Under the pieces are notes generated by a model. The model did not search any database. It saw nothing but the letters and a program-made list of their open reading frames with translations, and was not told the origin of the DNA. A stretch of DNA of 64,000 nt from a virus. Lineage: Duplodnaviria > Caudoviricetes. The position numbers and the translations under genes are program-made. Location: positions 34,317 through 98,316 of the IMG/VR virus record IMGVR_UViG_2597490289_000004, one strand, 5' to 3'. Shown here piece after piece: positions 29,922-40,148 of the stretch. The first letter of the stretch is position 1. The number at the start of each line of letters is the position of its first letter.

Positions 29922-30359
29922 ATGATAATAACAGATAAACATATACAGGCAATTAATCTAATATTAATGGGAAACCTTACGAATGCTAATATTGCTAAAA
30001 CTGTAGGAGTATCAGAAAAGACAATTTATAATTGGTTAGATAACAAAGATTTTAAGGTTGAGCTTCAGAAACGTACAGATGAATTAAATTCACAACAAAC
30101 CGAAGAAGGTAGAAGACAAATATTAGGTTTGCTACCATTAGCAATTAGTAATATAGCCGAGATAATGGCTGATAAAGACAATCCTAAGTTCTTTGAAACA
30201 AATAAGTATATTGTTGATAGAAACCTTGGCAATACCACAACCAAGATAGAACAATCATCTACAGGCGATAATAATAAGACTCCAGTAAGCATAACTGATA
30301 TGCTAGAGCAAGTGCAAAAGGATAATGTTATTGAGTTGCCTAAAGATAAAGCTAAATAG
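29922..30359 (+). CDS. Terminase small subunit
   Basis: N-terminal HTH IAKTVGVSEKTIYNW; upstream of TerL. Confidence 0.75.
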   Translation: MIITDKHIQAINLILMGNLTNANIAKTVGVSEKTIYNWLDNKDFKVELQKRTDELNSQQTEEGRRQILGLLPLAISNIAEIMADKDNPKFFETNKYIVDRNLGNTTTKIEQSSTGDNNKTPVSITDMLEQVQKDNVIELPKDKAK

Positions 30360-30603
30360 TATGGTATCAAAAGGTATACTTTTCAATACTATAGAAATGC
30401 TTATGTAATTAATGGGTTTAAAGAATATAAAATAATATAAAAAGGTATCGAAATATTGTGTTGACATTACGATACTATAAGAGTAAGATAAAGTTATAGA
30501 GAATAAGAACATGATAGGGGCATATTCTAAATTACAGAATCTCAAAAACCTGTCACTAAGCTCTATAAAATTTTATTATATTTTTTAAACTGGGGGTATT
30601 GAA

Positions 30604-31260
30604 ATGCTATATTTTGCTTATCACAGAACTTCAACACATGAACAACACTTAGATAGAGGTATTAAAGAAATTAATGAGTTTATTACTAAAGAAAATATTA
30701 GTTTAATAAATGAGATTTATACAGATAAACAAACAGGAAAGAATTTTAATCGACCATACTATGATAATTTGATTAAAGATATGGATCTTGTTAAAAAAGC
30801 CAATCCCAATGAATGTATTGCATTAATAGTTACTGAACTAGATAGATTGGGTAGAAATAAACAACTTATTTTAAAAGAAATTAGGAAAATGAAAGATAAT
30901 GGTATTAGACTAATGGTTTTAGAGATACCAACAACTCTTATTGAGTTACCTAAAGATTCTAATATAGCCAATATGATAATGGAGACTATAAATAATATGC
31001 TTATTGAAATGTATGCTTCATTTGCTCAGGCTGAAATAGAAAAAAAAGAGAAGAGACAAAGTGAAGGCATTGCTGCTAAAAAAGCTAGAGGTGAATGGGA
31101 TGATTATGGTAGGCCAAGAGCATTAGATTTTAAAGAATTTGTTAAGGAATATAAACGAGTTCTTGATGGATCTATTAAACCTACTGAATGCATGAAACTT
31201 TTAGATATTACTAAACCAACTTATTATAGATATAGAAAAGAATATGAAGCAAATAAATAA
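30604..31260 (+). CDS. Small serine resolvase/invertase
   Basis: AYHRTST, ELDRLGR, GRPR, C-terminal HTH; own TTGACA-17-TAAGAT promoter. Confidence 0.9.
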   Translation: MLYFAYHRTSTHEQHLDRGIKEINEFITKENISLINEIYTDKQTGKNFNRPYYDNLIKDMDLVKKANPNECIALIVTELDRLGRNKQLILKEIRKMKDNGIRLMVLEIPTTLIELPKDSNIANMIMETINNMLIEMYASFAQAEIEKKEKRQSEGIAAKKARGEWDDYGRPRALDFKEFVKEYKRVLDGSIKPTECMKLLDITKPTYYRYRKEYEANK

Positions 31261-31301
31261 TTATTAGCACTTAGAGTTTATCTAGGTGTTTTTATTGTGG
31301 G

Positions 31302-31496
31302 GTGAAATATATGTGTGAACATAAATGGATATTTCAAGAATCAGTTTATAATTTTGAATATGGAAGAGGACCTTCAGGACAGGACCATTATAAAAGAATA
31401 GATACTTATTACTGTGAAAAGTGTATTACAACTAAAGAAGTAACTGCTAAAGATGAATGGAGCAGGGAAAGGCCGTATTGGTGGAAAAATAATTAA
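31302..31496 (+). CDS. Small hypothetical protein
   Basis: CEHKW...YCEKC metal-binding-like motif. Confidence 0.55.
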   Translation: MKYMCEHKWIFQESVYNFEYGRGPSGQDHYKRIDTYYCEKCITTKEVTAKDEWSRERPYWWKNN

Positions 31497-31510
31497 TCAG
31501 AGGTGATAAT

Positions 31511-33274
31511 ATGATATACTTTGACAACTTAAAATTTTATACAGAGCTTAAATATGAGGTATATCTGTTAAATAAATACCTCACTAAACATTATGACAGT
31601 AAAACATCCAAAGCACTCATGGATGCTAATAATAGTGATTTAGATGAACTCGCAAGGGCACTAGGTGAAATAGATATTGAATTTTTTAGTTTATATTTTA
31701 TGAGTGATACATTTGTTGTTAAAGATAATAATTTCAATAGAAAGTTAGCGCCTGTGCACTATGAAATGTTAGATTTAGCAAATGATATGTTTATAAGAGA
31801 TAAGTTTGATAAAGCTTGTGCGTTAGAACCACGTGGAACAGCTAAAACTACAATATTTGATATGACAGCAGGAGTTTATTTACATTGCTATAAGAAAAGT
31901 AAATTTACATTGCTAGGAGCTAAAACAGATGATGATTCTACTCAATTTTTGAGTTCAATAAAAAAACAATTTAATGAAAATAAAAAAATAAGAAAAGTAT
32001 TTGGAAAATTAATAAATCCAAAGGCTATTAATCCTACTACAGGTGAAAGATATAAAATAAACGCAAATGAAGTTGAGTTTACTAATGGCACTTATATAAG
32101 AGTAGTAGGTTCAGGAACATCTGTCAGAGGTGCAAATTGGAACGGAGTAAGACCAACCGTTGTAATTGGAGATGACTTTCAAGATAAGAAAAACATACTT
32201 ACAGAGGATTCCCGAAATAAACAATATAATAAATGGATGACAGAAGTAGAAGAAGTAGGAGATAAAGCTGTTTACAGAGATGGTAAAAAGATTAAATCAG
32301 CTACCAAAATAATTTTTATAGGTACTGTGATGCATATAGACTGCTTAGCTTCTAAATTATCAAGGAACACCACATATCATCTTATTTTAAGACGTGCAAT
32401 ACCTTTAGAAGGTGATGAAAGTGTAGATGATATATTTGATTCTGATTTGTGGAAAGAATGCCATGACATTTACTATGATGAAAAAATAATAGATAAAGAT
32501 GAAAGGCAAGAAAAAGCAAAAACATTTTATGAGGATCATAAAAAAGACATGGAGTTTCCTGTTTTATGGTCTGAAAAATGGAGTTGTTTTGAATTAGCAA
32601 CTAAATATTGGGAAGATAGAGAAAGTTTTTTTTCTGAATATCAAAATGATGCAAGTTCTATAGGAGAAAAGTGGTTTAAGAGTGTTAGAACTCAAACTAA
32701 AGAAGAAATTGAGCAGCATGATTTTACTAAAACTATGCTTAGTGTGGATCCAGCAAGTACTACTAATAAAAAATCAGATAGCACAAATATTATGGTTGGA
32801 AGTAAAGCAACTAATGACTTTACCTATATAAGAGATATAATCCATAGAAAAATGACTTTTAATCAATATTGTGAAAAAGTTGTTGAAGTGCTTGAAAGAA
32901 ATTTAGATGTTACTCATATTAATGTTGAAAAAAACACTTATCAAGGCGCTGATGTAATTAAGATTAAAGAATTAATTGCAGTAAGTGAAATACTTAAAGG
33001 TAAAAAATATGAGTGGATTAATGAAATGCAGAAGAAAAATAAAGACGAAAAGATTAGTACAATAGTTGATGCTGTTAATAACGGTCAAATTATTATTGTA
33101 TCTGATTGTGAAGATAGTAAAGTTGCTATAGAAGAAATAGAAGAGTTTCAAGGTCAATTATATTCAGTTCATGATGATGCACCTGATAATTTAGCAGAGT
33201 TAGAAAATAAAATAAAAACTATTAAAGTAAGAAAAAAATTAAGAATTGGTTCTATTGATCAAATTTATGGATAA
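31511..33274 (+). CDS. Terminase large subunit
   Basis: EPRGTAKT Walker A, VVIGDD Walker B, SVDPA and HDDAPD nuclease motifs. Confidence 0.92.
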   Translation: MIYFDNLKFYTELKYEVYLLNKYLTKHYDSKTSKALMDANNSDLDELARALGEIDIEFFSLYFMSDTFVVKDNNFNRKLAPVHYEMLDLANDMFIRDKFDKACALEPRGTAKTTIFDMTAGVYLHCYKKSKFTLLGAKTDDDSTQFLSSIKKQFNENKKIRKVFGKLINPKAINPTTGERYKINANEVEFTNGTYIRVVGSGTSVRGANWNGVRPTVVIGDDFQDKKNILTEDSRNKQYNKWMTEVEEVGDKAVYRDGKKIKSATKIIFIGTVMHIDCLASKLSRNTTYHLILRRAIPLEGDESVDDIFDSDLWKECHDIYYDEKIIDKDERQEKAKTFYEDHKKDMEFPVLWSEKWSCFELATKYWEDRESFFSEYQNDASSIGEKWFKSVRTQTKEEIEQHDFTKTMLSVDPASTTNKKSDSTNIMVGSKATNDFTYIRDIIHRKMTFNQYCEKVVEVLERNLDVTHINVEKNTYQGADVIKIKELIAVSEILKGKKYEWINEMQKKNKDEKISTIVDAVNNGQIIIVSDCEDSKVAIEEIEEFQGQLYSVHDDAPDNLAELENKIKTIKVRKKLRIGSIDQIYG

Positions 33275-33282
33275 GGAGGTTT

Positions 33283-34653
33283 GTGATTATGGATGATAAA
33301 GAATTAGAAATAATTAAAAGGTGCTATCTAGATTATAAAAGCAATTATGATTACTATGATAAAATAAATGCTTACTATTACGGAAATACCGATAGTCTTA
33401 GTAAATTTAAGCCTATGAAAGGTAGAAGTAATCTTAAAGTATTTACTAATTTCGTACAAAAATTAGTAGATGAAGAAGCACAATATAGTTTTGGCAATAA
33501 TATTACTTATACTTATAAAGATAATAATCCTCAAGTACCTAAAGATATAAATTATTATCTTAAAAATAATGTGGCCGATCATGATTTGAATTTGGCAATA
33601 GAATTAATAAAGTATGGTTTAGGTTATGAACTTTCTTATTTAGATGAAAATTTAGAATTTAAAAACAAAATAATCACTCCATTAGATGGTTACACATATT
33701 TCAAAGGTGATAAATTAAAATATTTCTTACATATACACTCAAATCAGTTTAATGATGAGGAATATATAGATGTTTATACTGATGAAATGATATATTATTT
33801 TGATTCTAATTTTGTAGAGGTTGAAAATCCTAAATCACATCCATTCGGAATAGTACCAGTTGGAATTGGCAAGGTTGGTGGAAAAACCTACACTGAAAAG
33901 AATGGATATATAGAGGGTGATAAGACTATCTATAGGACTATAAAGACTTTACAAGATGCTTTTGAAACTAATTTAAGTGATATGGTGTCAGAAATAAGTG
34001 ATTTTAGAAATGCAATATTGAAACTATATGGAATTGAAACGGAAAATGAAACAGACAAGGATGGAAATGTTGTTTTAGATGATGATGGCAATCCTAAGCA
34101 AAAGCAGCCTGTTATTAGAGGAAATTCTGTATTATTTTTTGGAGATAAGAAAATTGAAGATGCAGAATGGTTGATTAAAAATATTAATGATACTTTTATA
34201 AAAAATACCAGGGATGATGTTAAAGATTTAATATACACATTAACTTCTCATATAGACTCTAATGAGAAAATGGTTAGCAATCTTAGCGGGATGGCCCTTA
34301 GAAGTAGACTCCAAAATCTAGAGGCTAAATGTTCTATGAATGAAAAGGCTATGACAAATATTATAAGAACTAGGCTAAGATGTTTATTTAAATATTTATG
34401 GACCATTAAAGGTGATAATTATGATTCTAAATTAATTCATATAGAATATACTCCTAAGGTTCCAGTTGATGAAGCAACTATAGCTCAAATAATTTCTCAA
34501 CTTCCGCAAGGACTTGTTTCAAATGAAACTTTAAGATCATGGCTGCCTCGTATTAGTAATCCAGTTACTGAAGGTGAAAAAGTTAAAAAAGAACGACAAG
34601 AAGATTTAAAAAATGAATTAGATCTTGATAAGGTAGTTGGTGCAAATGAGTAA
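33283..34653 (+). CDS. Portal protein (SPP1 gp6-like)
   Basis: YYYG, TNFVQKLVD, NLSGMALR; follows TerL. Confidence 0.9.
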   Translation: MIMDDKELEIIKRCYLDYKSNYDYYDKINAYYYGNTDSLSKFKPMKGRSNLKVFTNFVQKLVDEEAQYSFGNNITYTYKDNNPQVPKDINYYLKNNVADHDLNLAIELIKYGLGYELSYLDENLEFKNKIITPLDGYTYFKGDKLKYFLHIHSNQFNDEEYIDVYTDEMIYYFDSNFVEVENPKSHPFGIVPVGIGKVGGKTYTEKNGYIEGDKTIYRTIKTLQDAFETNLSDMVSEISDFRNAILKLYGIETENETDKDGNVVLDDDGNPKQKQPVIRGNSVLFFGDKKIEDAEWLIKNINDTFIKNTRDDVKDLIYTLTSHIDSNEKMVSNLSGMALRSRLQNLEAKCSMNEKAMTNIIRTRLRCLFKYLWTIKGDNYDSKLIHIEYTPKVPVDEATIAQIISQLPQGLVSNETLRSWLPRISNPVTEGEKVKKERQEDLKNELDLDKVVGANE

Positions 34654-36091
34654 GAAACTTACTAAAGAACAACAACTTTATATCGATAAGCAATTAGAAT
34701 TTACTGAAGAGCTATATAATAAAGCTGATGAACAGTTAAAAGAAGTTTTTAAGCAACAATTAAGCAATAGGAATGAAATACTAACAGAGATAGCAAATAC
34801 CATGTTATATTATAATATTGCAGACAGTAAATTAGCTATTAGTATTGCTGAAAAGAAGAAATTAAAAGAAAAGTTAAGCAAAGTAATTAGAGATAAAATT
34901 CAAGAAGAATTAGGAAATGAAACTAAGTTAACTGATGAAATTTTAAAATCTACTGGCAAAGAGAAATATAATATTAACAACTATCTACATGATATAGGAA
35001 TGAATGTAAGTTGGGATATTAAGCCTGTAGATGATACAACTTTAAAGGATGTAATTAATGCTAAAGTTGAAAATGAAATTTGGAGTGACAGGCTTTGGAA
35101 TAACAAAAATGACCTTCAAAAGGACCTGCAATTAGAAATTGATGATTTCCTTAATGGAAAAACTAGTGTAAATGAAATAGAAGCAAAAATAAAGAAAAAG
35201 TATAATTCAAATGCATATAATACTAAGAGATTAATACAGGATAACATTTGCAGAGTTCAAGAAGGAATTAATAATGTTTGGCAGCAAGAACACAATATAA
35301 AATATGTCTTATACATGGCTACTTTAGATGGTCATATATGCGCTAATTGTGCTCAATATGATGGAAAGCCCTTTGAATTAGATAAAAAGCCTGTAGAAAT
35401 ACCTCAACATCCATTTTGTAGGTGTTGTTATACAAACATACCTAATGCTGATTGGCGACCTAAAATGAGGCTTGATAATGAAACTAAAGAAAAAATTAAT
35501 TGGCAAAGCTATGAGGAATGGCATAAGAATTATATAGAAAATAACCATAAAAGACTTGCTAATGAAAAAATGATTAAAAATAAATCATCTGATAGAAAGC
35601 AATATGAAAAATATAAAGAAATTTTAGGAAAAGAAGTGCCTAAATCTTTTGATAAGTTCCAGAAGTTGAAGTATAATAATACTAATGAATGGGAATTATT
35701 TAAAGATTATACTAAATCAAGATTAAGTAATATGATTTCAGTATTTAGTTCTTTTGATGATTATAAAAAATATAAAATGATAATTAATAAAGAAATAGTA
35801 GGATTAAAAACTGTAAATGGGATTAAAATCAAGTCACAAAGCAAACATTTTATAGAGAGAGTACTTGGAACATCATTTGATCCTGAAAAGAAAAGGCCAA
35901 GGGAAGGTATTGAAGCAGATGATATATTAAAAACATTGACAAATCCATTAAAAATAAAGGAAGAACCTAAGAAAAATAGTCATAAATTTATTGGAGAAAA
36001 AATAACAATAACGGTAAACCCTAATACAGGTAATTTAATTCAATGTAATCCAACAGATAGTGATTTAGTGAGGAGGTTAAAAAATGTATAA
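34646..36091 (+). CDS. MuF/SPP1 gp7 minor head protein with C-terminal toxin-like extension
   Basis: WSDRLW, ATLD..C..C, QHPFCRC; extra C-terminus SKHFIERV...VNPNTGNLIQ. Confidence 0.8.
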   Translation: MSKKLTKEQQLYIDKQLEFTEELYNKADEQLKEVFKQQLSNRNEILTEIANTMLYYNIADSKLAISIAEKKKLKEKLSKVIRDKIQEELGNETKLTDEILKSTGKEKYNINNYLHDIGMNVSWDIKPVDDTTLKDVINAKVENEIWSDRLWNNKNDLQKDLQLEIDDFLNGKTSVNEIEAKIKKKYNSNAYNTKRLIQDNICRVQEGINNVWQQEHNIKYVLYMATLDGHICANCAQYDGKPFELDKKPVEIPQHPFCRCCYTNIPNADWRPKMRLDNETKEKINWQSYEEWHKNYIENNHKRLANEKMIKNKSSDRKQYEKYKEILGKEVPKSFDKFQKLKYNNTNEWELFKDYTKSRLSNMISVFSSFDDYKKYKMIINKEIVGLKTVNGIKIKSQSKHFIERVLGTSFDPEKKRPREGIEADDILKTLTNPLKIKEEPKKNSHKFIGEKITITVNPNTGNLIQCNPTDSDLVRRLKNV

Positions 36092-36344
36092 AATTATACT
36101 AAGTAAATCATTGTATGATTATATGACTGATAAACTAGAGGATAATTTGAAAAATAAAATAAAAGATATTAGCTATAAAAATGACAAGGTTGACTTTTAT
36201 TTAGATGTTGATACTAAATTAGATATAATGGAGTTTGTAGAAGATAAACAATTAGAAATAGGATTTGTAAATGAAGATTATTTAAATGATGATGGAGAAA
36301 AGCTTCAAAAAATATATGATGAAATTTATTATCAAACAAACTAG
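36084..36344 (+). CDS. Small acidic protein, probable immunity protein
   Basis: Overlaps MuF stop; followed by hairpin. Confidence 0.55.
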   Translation: MYKIILSKSLYDYMTDKLEDNLKNKIKDISYKNDKVDFYLDVDTKLDIMEFVEDKQLEIGFVNEDYLNDDGEKLQKIYDEIYYQTN

Positions 36345-36411
36345 AGCACTTACTTAGAAAAATGAGTAGGTGCTTTTATTATGCAAAAATTTAAGGAGGA
36401 GGTAGAAAGAT

Positions 36412-36528
36412 ATGCATCATTATATTACAAAATATTGTGAGAATGGAAAAAGATATGCAGAAGCTTGGATACAAATAAATCTATTTGGATACTGCTTTTG
36501 CGTATTGAAAAGAAAAATTATAATTTAG
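36412..36528 (+). CDS. 38-aa protein MHHYITKYCENGKRYAEAWIQINLFGYCFCVLKRKIII
   Basis: Strong RBS AAGGAGGAGG; not in ORF track. Confidence 0.65.
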   Translation: MHHYITKYCENGKRYAEAWIQINLFGYCFCVLKRKIII

Positions 36529-36541
36529 GAGGAATTGAAAA

Positions 36542-36901
36542 ATGAAAGAATTAAGTACAATCCAAAAGAGAGAAAAATTAAATACTGTTAATATAAAAGG
36601 TGAGGTGGGTCCAGGAGGTGCTTATCATAAATATAATATAATATCTAATGATAATGGAATATTACTTGGAAGTGTGCAATTTCAAATGGGTCCTAGAAAT
36701 GAAACTAATTCAATAGCCGGAGTGATTGATTCTGATTTACTTGAAATAGTAAGAGATAGATTACAATGTTTTCAAACTGGGCCATTTAGTTCAAGGGAAA
36801 ATGCAATTGCACTAACTCATATTGAAGAAGCTTTAATGTGGATGAACAGAAGGGTAGAAGATAGAATTGAAAGAAATGTATTGGGAAGGAATGAGAAATA
36901 A
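36542..36901 (+). CDS. tad1: Thoeris anti-defence sponge Tad1
   Basis: [14 protein letters not shown]...GPGGAYH...[50 protein letters not shown] matches recalled C. botulinum prophage Tad1. Confidence 0.9.
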   Translation: MKELSTIQKREKLNTVNIKGEVGPGGAYHKYNIISNDNGILLGSVQFQMGPRNETNSIAGVIDSDLLEIVRDRLQCFQTGPFSSRENAIALTHIEEALMWMNRRVEDRIERNVLGRNEK

Positions 36902-37173
36902 TGAAGTATAGAAAGAAACCAGTAATTATTGAAGCATTTAAGTATGATGGTGATTTTCAAAATAGAAAAGGTAAATATTATATTCCAAAGTGGGGTATTG
37001 AAGCTAATAAAAATGGAGTATTATTTTTTGATGGTCCAATTCTTAAAATAAAAACTCTTGAAGGCGATATGGTGGCGAATGTGGGTGATTATATAATTCA
37101 AGGCATTAATGGAGAACTCTATCCATGCAAACCATATATCTTTGAAAAAAGTTATGAAGTAGTTAAGTCTTAG
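36901..37173 (+). CDS. Conserved phage protein, possibly anti-CBASS sponge (Acb4-like)
   Basis: YRKKPVIIEA...TLEG...GDYII.G..GELYPCKP.IFE; coupled to tad1; Acb4 link is from memory, unverified. Confidence 0.5.
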   Translation: MKYRKKPVIIEAFKYDGDFQNRKGKYYIPKWGIEANKNGVLFFDGPILKIKTLEGDMVANVGDYIIQGINGELYPCKPYIFEKSYEVVKS

Positions 37174-37291
37174 CAATAAGGCTTATTTTTATGCTCAAAT
37201 TTAAGCTTGTGGGCGTATTTAGTGAATTATATATTACAAAAATAAATTGTGTCTTAGGGCGCTTAAAACGGTCTAGGGGATAGGAGGAAAT

Positions 37292-37882
37292 ATGTTTAAG
37301 AAAGAGTTATTAAAACTTACTGAAAATATTGAAGATGAGGGTTCAGTTGATGAAGTCTTATCACAAAGTGATTTTGCAAAGTCACTTTTAAGTAGTGGCT
37401 TAACTTTAGATGCATTTAAAGGAAAAGAAAATGATATGGAATTTAAATCTTATTTAGATTCTATTAAGGACACACATTTTACAAAAGCATTAGAAACTTG
37501 GAAGGCTAACAATTTAAATAAAATGGTTGAAGCTGAATTACTAAAGAGAAATCCAAGTAAAACTCCAGAACAACTAAAGCTAGAAGAAATGGAACAAAGA
37601 CTTAATGAGTCAGAAAAGCAAAGAAAATTAAGTGATCAAAAGTCAAGAATAAAGAGTGATGAATCTTATAAAGGAATTGATTCAAAAATAATTGATTTAT
37701 TAGTTAATGAAGATGAAGAAATTACAAAGGCAAATTTAGCTCTTTATGTTGAAGGTAACAAACCTTTTATACAATCAGAAATTGAAAAGAGATTAAAAGA
37801 TAACCAATATACTCCACCAAGTAATGAATCTGATAAGGCAAAACAACTTGAACAAGATGTATATAAAGCTTTTGGTCTTTAA
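37292..37882 (+). CDS. Capsid scaffolding protein
   Basis: Coiled coil, KALETWK; precedes capsid. Confidence 0.8.
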   Translation: MFKKELLKLTENIEDEGSVDEVLSQSDFAKSLLSSGLTLDAFKGKENDMEFKSYLDSIKDTHFTKALETWKANNLNKMVEAELLKRNPSKTPEQLKLEEMEQRLNESEKQRKLSDQKSRIKSDESYKGIDSKIIDLLVNEDEEITKANLALYVEGNKPFIQSEIEKRLKDNQYTPPSNESDKAKQLEQDVYKAFGL

Positions 37883-37916
37883 AAAAATAAACATAAAAAG
37901 AGAGGATGATTAAATC

Positions 37917-38828
37917 ATGGCAAATACAATACAATATGCACAAATTTTTCAAAAGGCATTAGACAAACAAATATTAGCAGCGGCTACTTCTAATTGGATG
38001 GAAGCTAACGCAGGACAAGTTATTTATAAAGGTGGAAATACTGTTAAAATTCCTAAACTATCTACTAATGGATTAGGGGATTATGATAGATCAAATGGAT
38101 ATGCAGGTGGGGCAATTACTTTTGAATATGAAACTAAAACTATGACTCAAGATAGATCAAGAAGTTTTTTACTTGATTCAATGGATGTTGATGAAACAAA
38201 TTTTGTATCAACTGCTGGAGCTGTAATGAGTACATTTCAAAGCGAAAATGTTATTCCAGAAATTGATGCCTATAGATATAGCTCATTAGCACAACAAATA
38301 ATGGCTAAGGAAAAAGCAACTTATGGTTATACTGCAGATGCTACAACAATTATGAATACTTTAAAAACTGAAATAGATACAATAAAAGATGTTACAGGGG
38401 ATGTAAATTTAGTGTGTTGTATCTCTAGACTTGTATTAAGCTTATTAGAACAAGGAACTAGACTTGAAAAGGTTCAATTTACAAGTGGAGATATTGTTAC
38501 TGAAGTAAGTTCAATTGATGGAGTTCCATTATTACCAGTTCCATCTGCAAGAATGAAAACTAAATATATCTTCAATGATGGTAAGACTTCTGGTCAAGAA
38601 GTGGGAGGATTCAAGGCAGCTGATGATGCTAAAGATATTAACTGGATTATTACTCCAAGAATAGCTCCAATAGCAGTTTCAAAAACTGATAAACCTAAAA
38701 TCATTGATCCAGAATCAAATCAAGATGCAGATGCATGGAAGATTGCTTATAGAAAATATCATGACTTATGGATTACAGGTGAAAAAATAAAAGCATCACA
38801 TGTAAATATTAAACAGGCCAAGGCATAG
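37917..38828 (+). CDS. Major capsid protein
   Basis: GGNTVKIP, GLGDYDR, DVDETN, PEIDAYR. Confidence 0.9.
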   Translation: MANTIQYAQIFQKALDKQILAAATSNWMEANAGQVIYKGGNTVKIPKLSTNGLGDYDRSNGYAGGAITFEYETKTMTQDRSRSFLLDSMDVDETNFVSTAGAVMSTFQSENVIPEIDAYRYSSLAQQIMAKEKATYGYTADATTIMNTLKTEIDTIKDVTGDVNLVCCISRLVLSLLEQGTRLEKVQFTSGDIVTEVSSIDGVPLLPVPSARMKTKYIFNDGKTSGQEVGGFKAADDAKDINWIITPRIAPIAVSKTDKPKIIDPESNQDADAWKIAYRKYHDLWITGEKIKASHVNIKQAKA

Positions 38829-38838
38829 GAGTGATTGA

Positions 38839-39096
38839 ATGATAAAGCTTGAAAATATGAATGTTCAAAAGATTGTAAGTACTGAGGAACAGGCTGAAAA
38901 GCTTGTTTCTTTAGGTTTCAAGATAGTTGAAGAAAAAACAGAAAATAATGATGTGGAAAACTTCAATCAAGAAGAATTAATAAATATGACAATGGATCAG
39001 TTAAAGAATATTTGCAAAGATAATAATTTAGAAGGATATAGCAAGTTAGGAAAAGATGAATTGATTAATTTTATAATAAATAATTTAAGAAAGTAG
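38839..39096 (+). CDS. Small head-associated protein (Rho-N/HeH-like)
   Basis: MTMDQLKNICKDNNLEGYSKLGKDELI. Confidence 0.65.
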   Translation: MIKLENMNVQKIVSTEEQAEKLVSLGFKIVEEKTENNDVENFNQEELINMTMDQLKNICKDNNLEGYSKLGKDELINFIINNLRK

Positions 39097-39101
39097 GTGA
39101 T

Positions 39102-39404
39102 ATGCCTATGGAAAAAGATTTGGATAAAGACCAGGAAAAAGCTATTTTTATTATAAAAAAATATCTTAAAGTATTTAATAATTCTAAATGGACTAATGAA
39201 TATATTCTAACTAATTATTCATTTGCAGTAGAGCAGCTTATTAAAAATTCTAAAAAAATTGAAAAGACTAAAGAAAGCGTTGGAGTTATATCACAAAGTC
39301 AAGGTGATAGAAGTACTACTTTTATGGATAATATTGAAGCTTGGGTGATAACAGAAGATATTAAGGCTTTATTGCCTAATCCAATTAATTTTAAGGTGTG
39401 GTGA
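39102..39404 (+). CDS. Head-tail connector
   Basis: SQSQGDRSTTF; position. Confidence 0.7.
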   Translation: MPMEKDLDKDQEKAIFIIKKYLKVFNNSKWTNEYILTNYSFAVEQLIKNSKKIEKTKESVGVISQSQGDRSTTFMDNIEAWVITEDIKALLPNPINFKVW

Positions 39405-39406
39405 TT

Positions 39407-39751
39407 ATGTACTATGATAAAGAGATAAATATTTATACCTATAGTCCTTATGAAGATGAACACAGAATAACAAGAGATGGCTATATAAAAGCAACTAAAG
39501 AACCTTATTTAGTAGATATACAACCATATTCTACTGAAAAAGCTAAGAAAGATTATGGTTATGATATTAAATGTACTAGAAGAATGTTTAGTGATGCTTA
39601 TAGTGAAATTACAGAGGACTGTATTGTAGAATACAACAATAAATACTATAAAATTGAAGCGATACCTTGGGATGATGATTATCTCGAGGTTTTATTAAGT
39701 GAAACTAAAGACGTAAATATTATTGAAACTGAGATAGTAAACAATGAGTAG
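39407..39751 (+). CDS. Head closure protein
   Basis: DIQPYS, position. Confidence 0.65.
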   Translation: MYYDKEINIYTYSPYEDEHRITRDGYIKATKEPYLVDIQPYSTEKAKKDYGYDIKCTRRMFSDAYSEITEDCIVEYNNKYYKIEAIPWDDDYLEVLLSETKDVNIIETEIVNNE

Positions 39752-40148
39752 TACATTTGGATTTAAAGAGTTTATTAATAAAATAAATATAACTCAAAAG
39801 CAAATGAGCAATGTTATTAATGAAACTTTAGAAGAATCTGCAACAGAGTGCGTAGCAGAAGTGCAAGCAAGAACTCCTGTAAGGACAGGAAATTTAAGAC
39901 GGTCATGGAATCATGGTGAGGTAGAAATAGAAAACAATACTCATTACATTGAAATAGGTTCAGCATTAGAGTATGCTCCAGCAGTAGAAAATGGATATAA
40001 GCAAGATGTAGGGAAATATATTCCTGCTATTGGAAAGAAACTTGTAAAAGAATATGTACCAGGTAAATATATGTTGCGGGATTCTTTAACTATAGCTAAA
40101 GCAGACTTACCAAATAAATTAAAAGCAAAGTTGAGTGATATTAAGTGA
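39744..40148 (+). CDS. HK97 gp10-like neck protein
   Basis: TPVRTGNLRRSW, YAPAVENG. Confidence 0.85.
   Translation: MSSTFGFKEFINKINITQKQMSNVINETLEESATECVAEVQARTPVRTGNLRRSWNHGEVEIENNTHYIEIGSALEYAPAVENGYKQDVGKYIPAIGKKLVKEYVPGKYMLRDSLTIAKADLPNKLKAKLSDIK

Noticed and set aside
36901-37173. Calling this ORF Tad2
   Set aside because: Lacks the motifs I recall for Tad2/DUF2829 (ARKGWNG, SQTDMLA); left as possible Acb4-like
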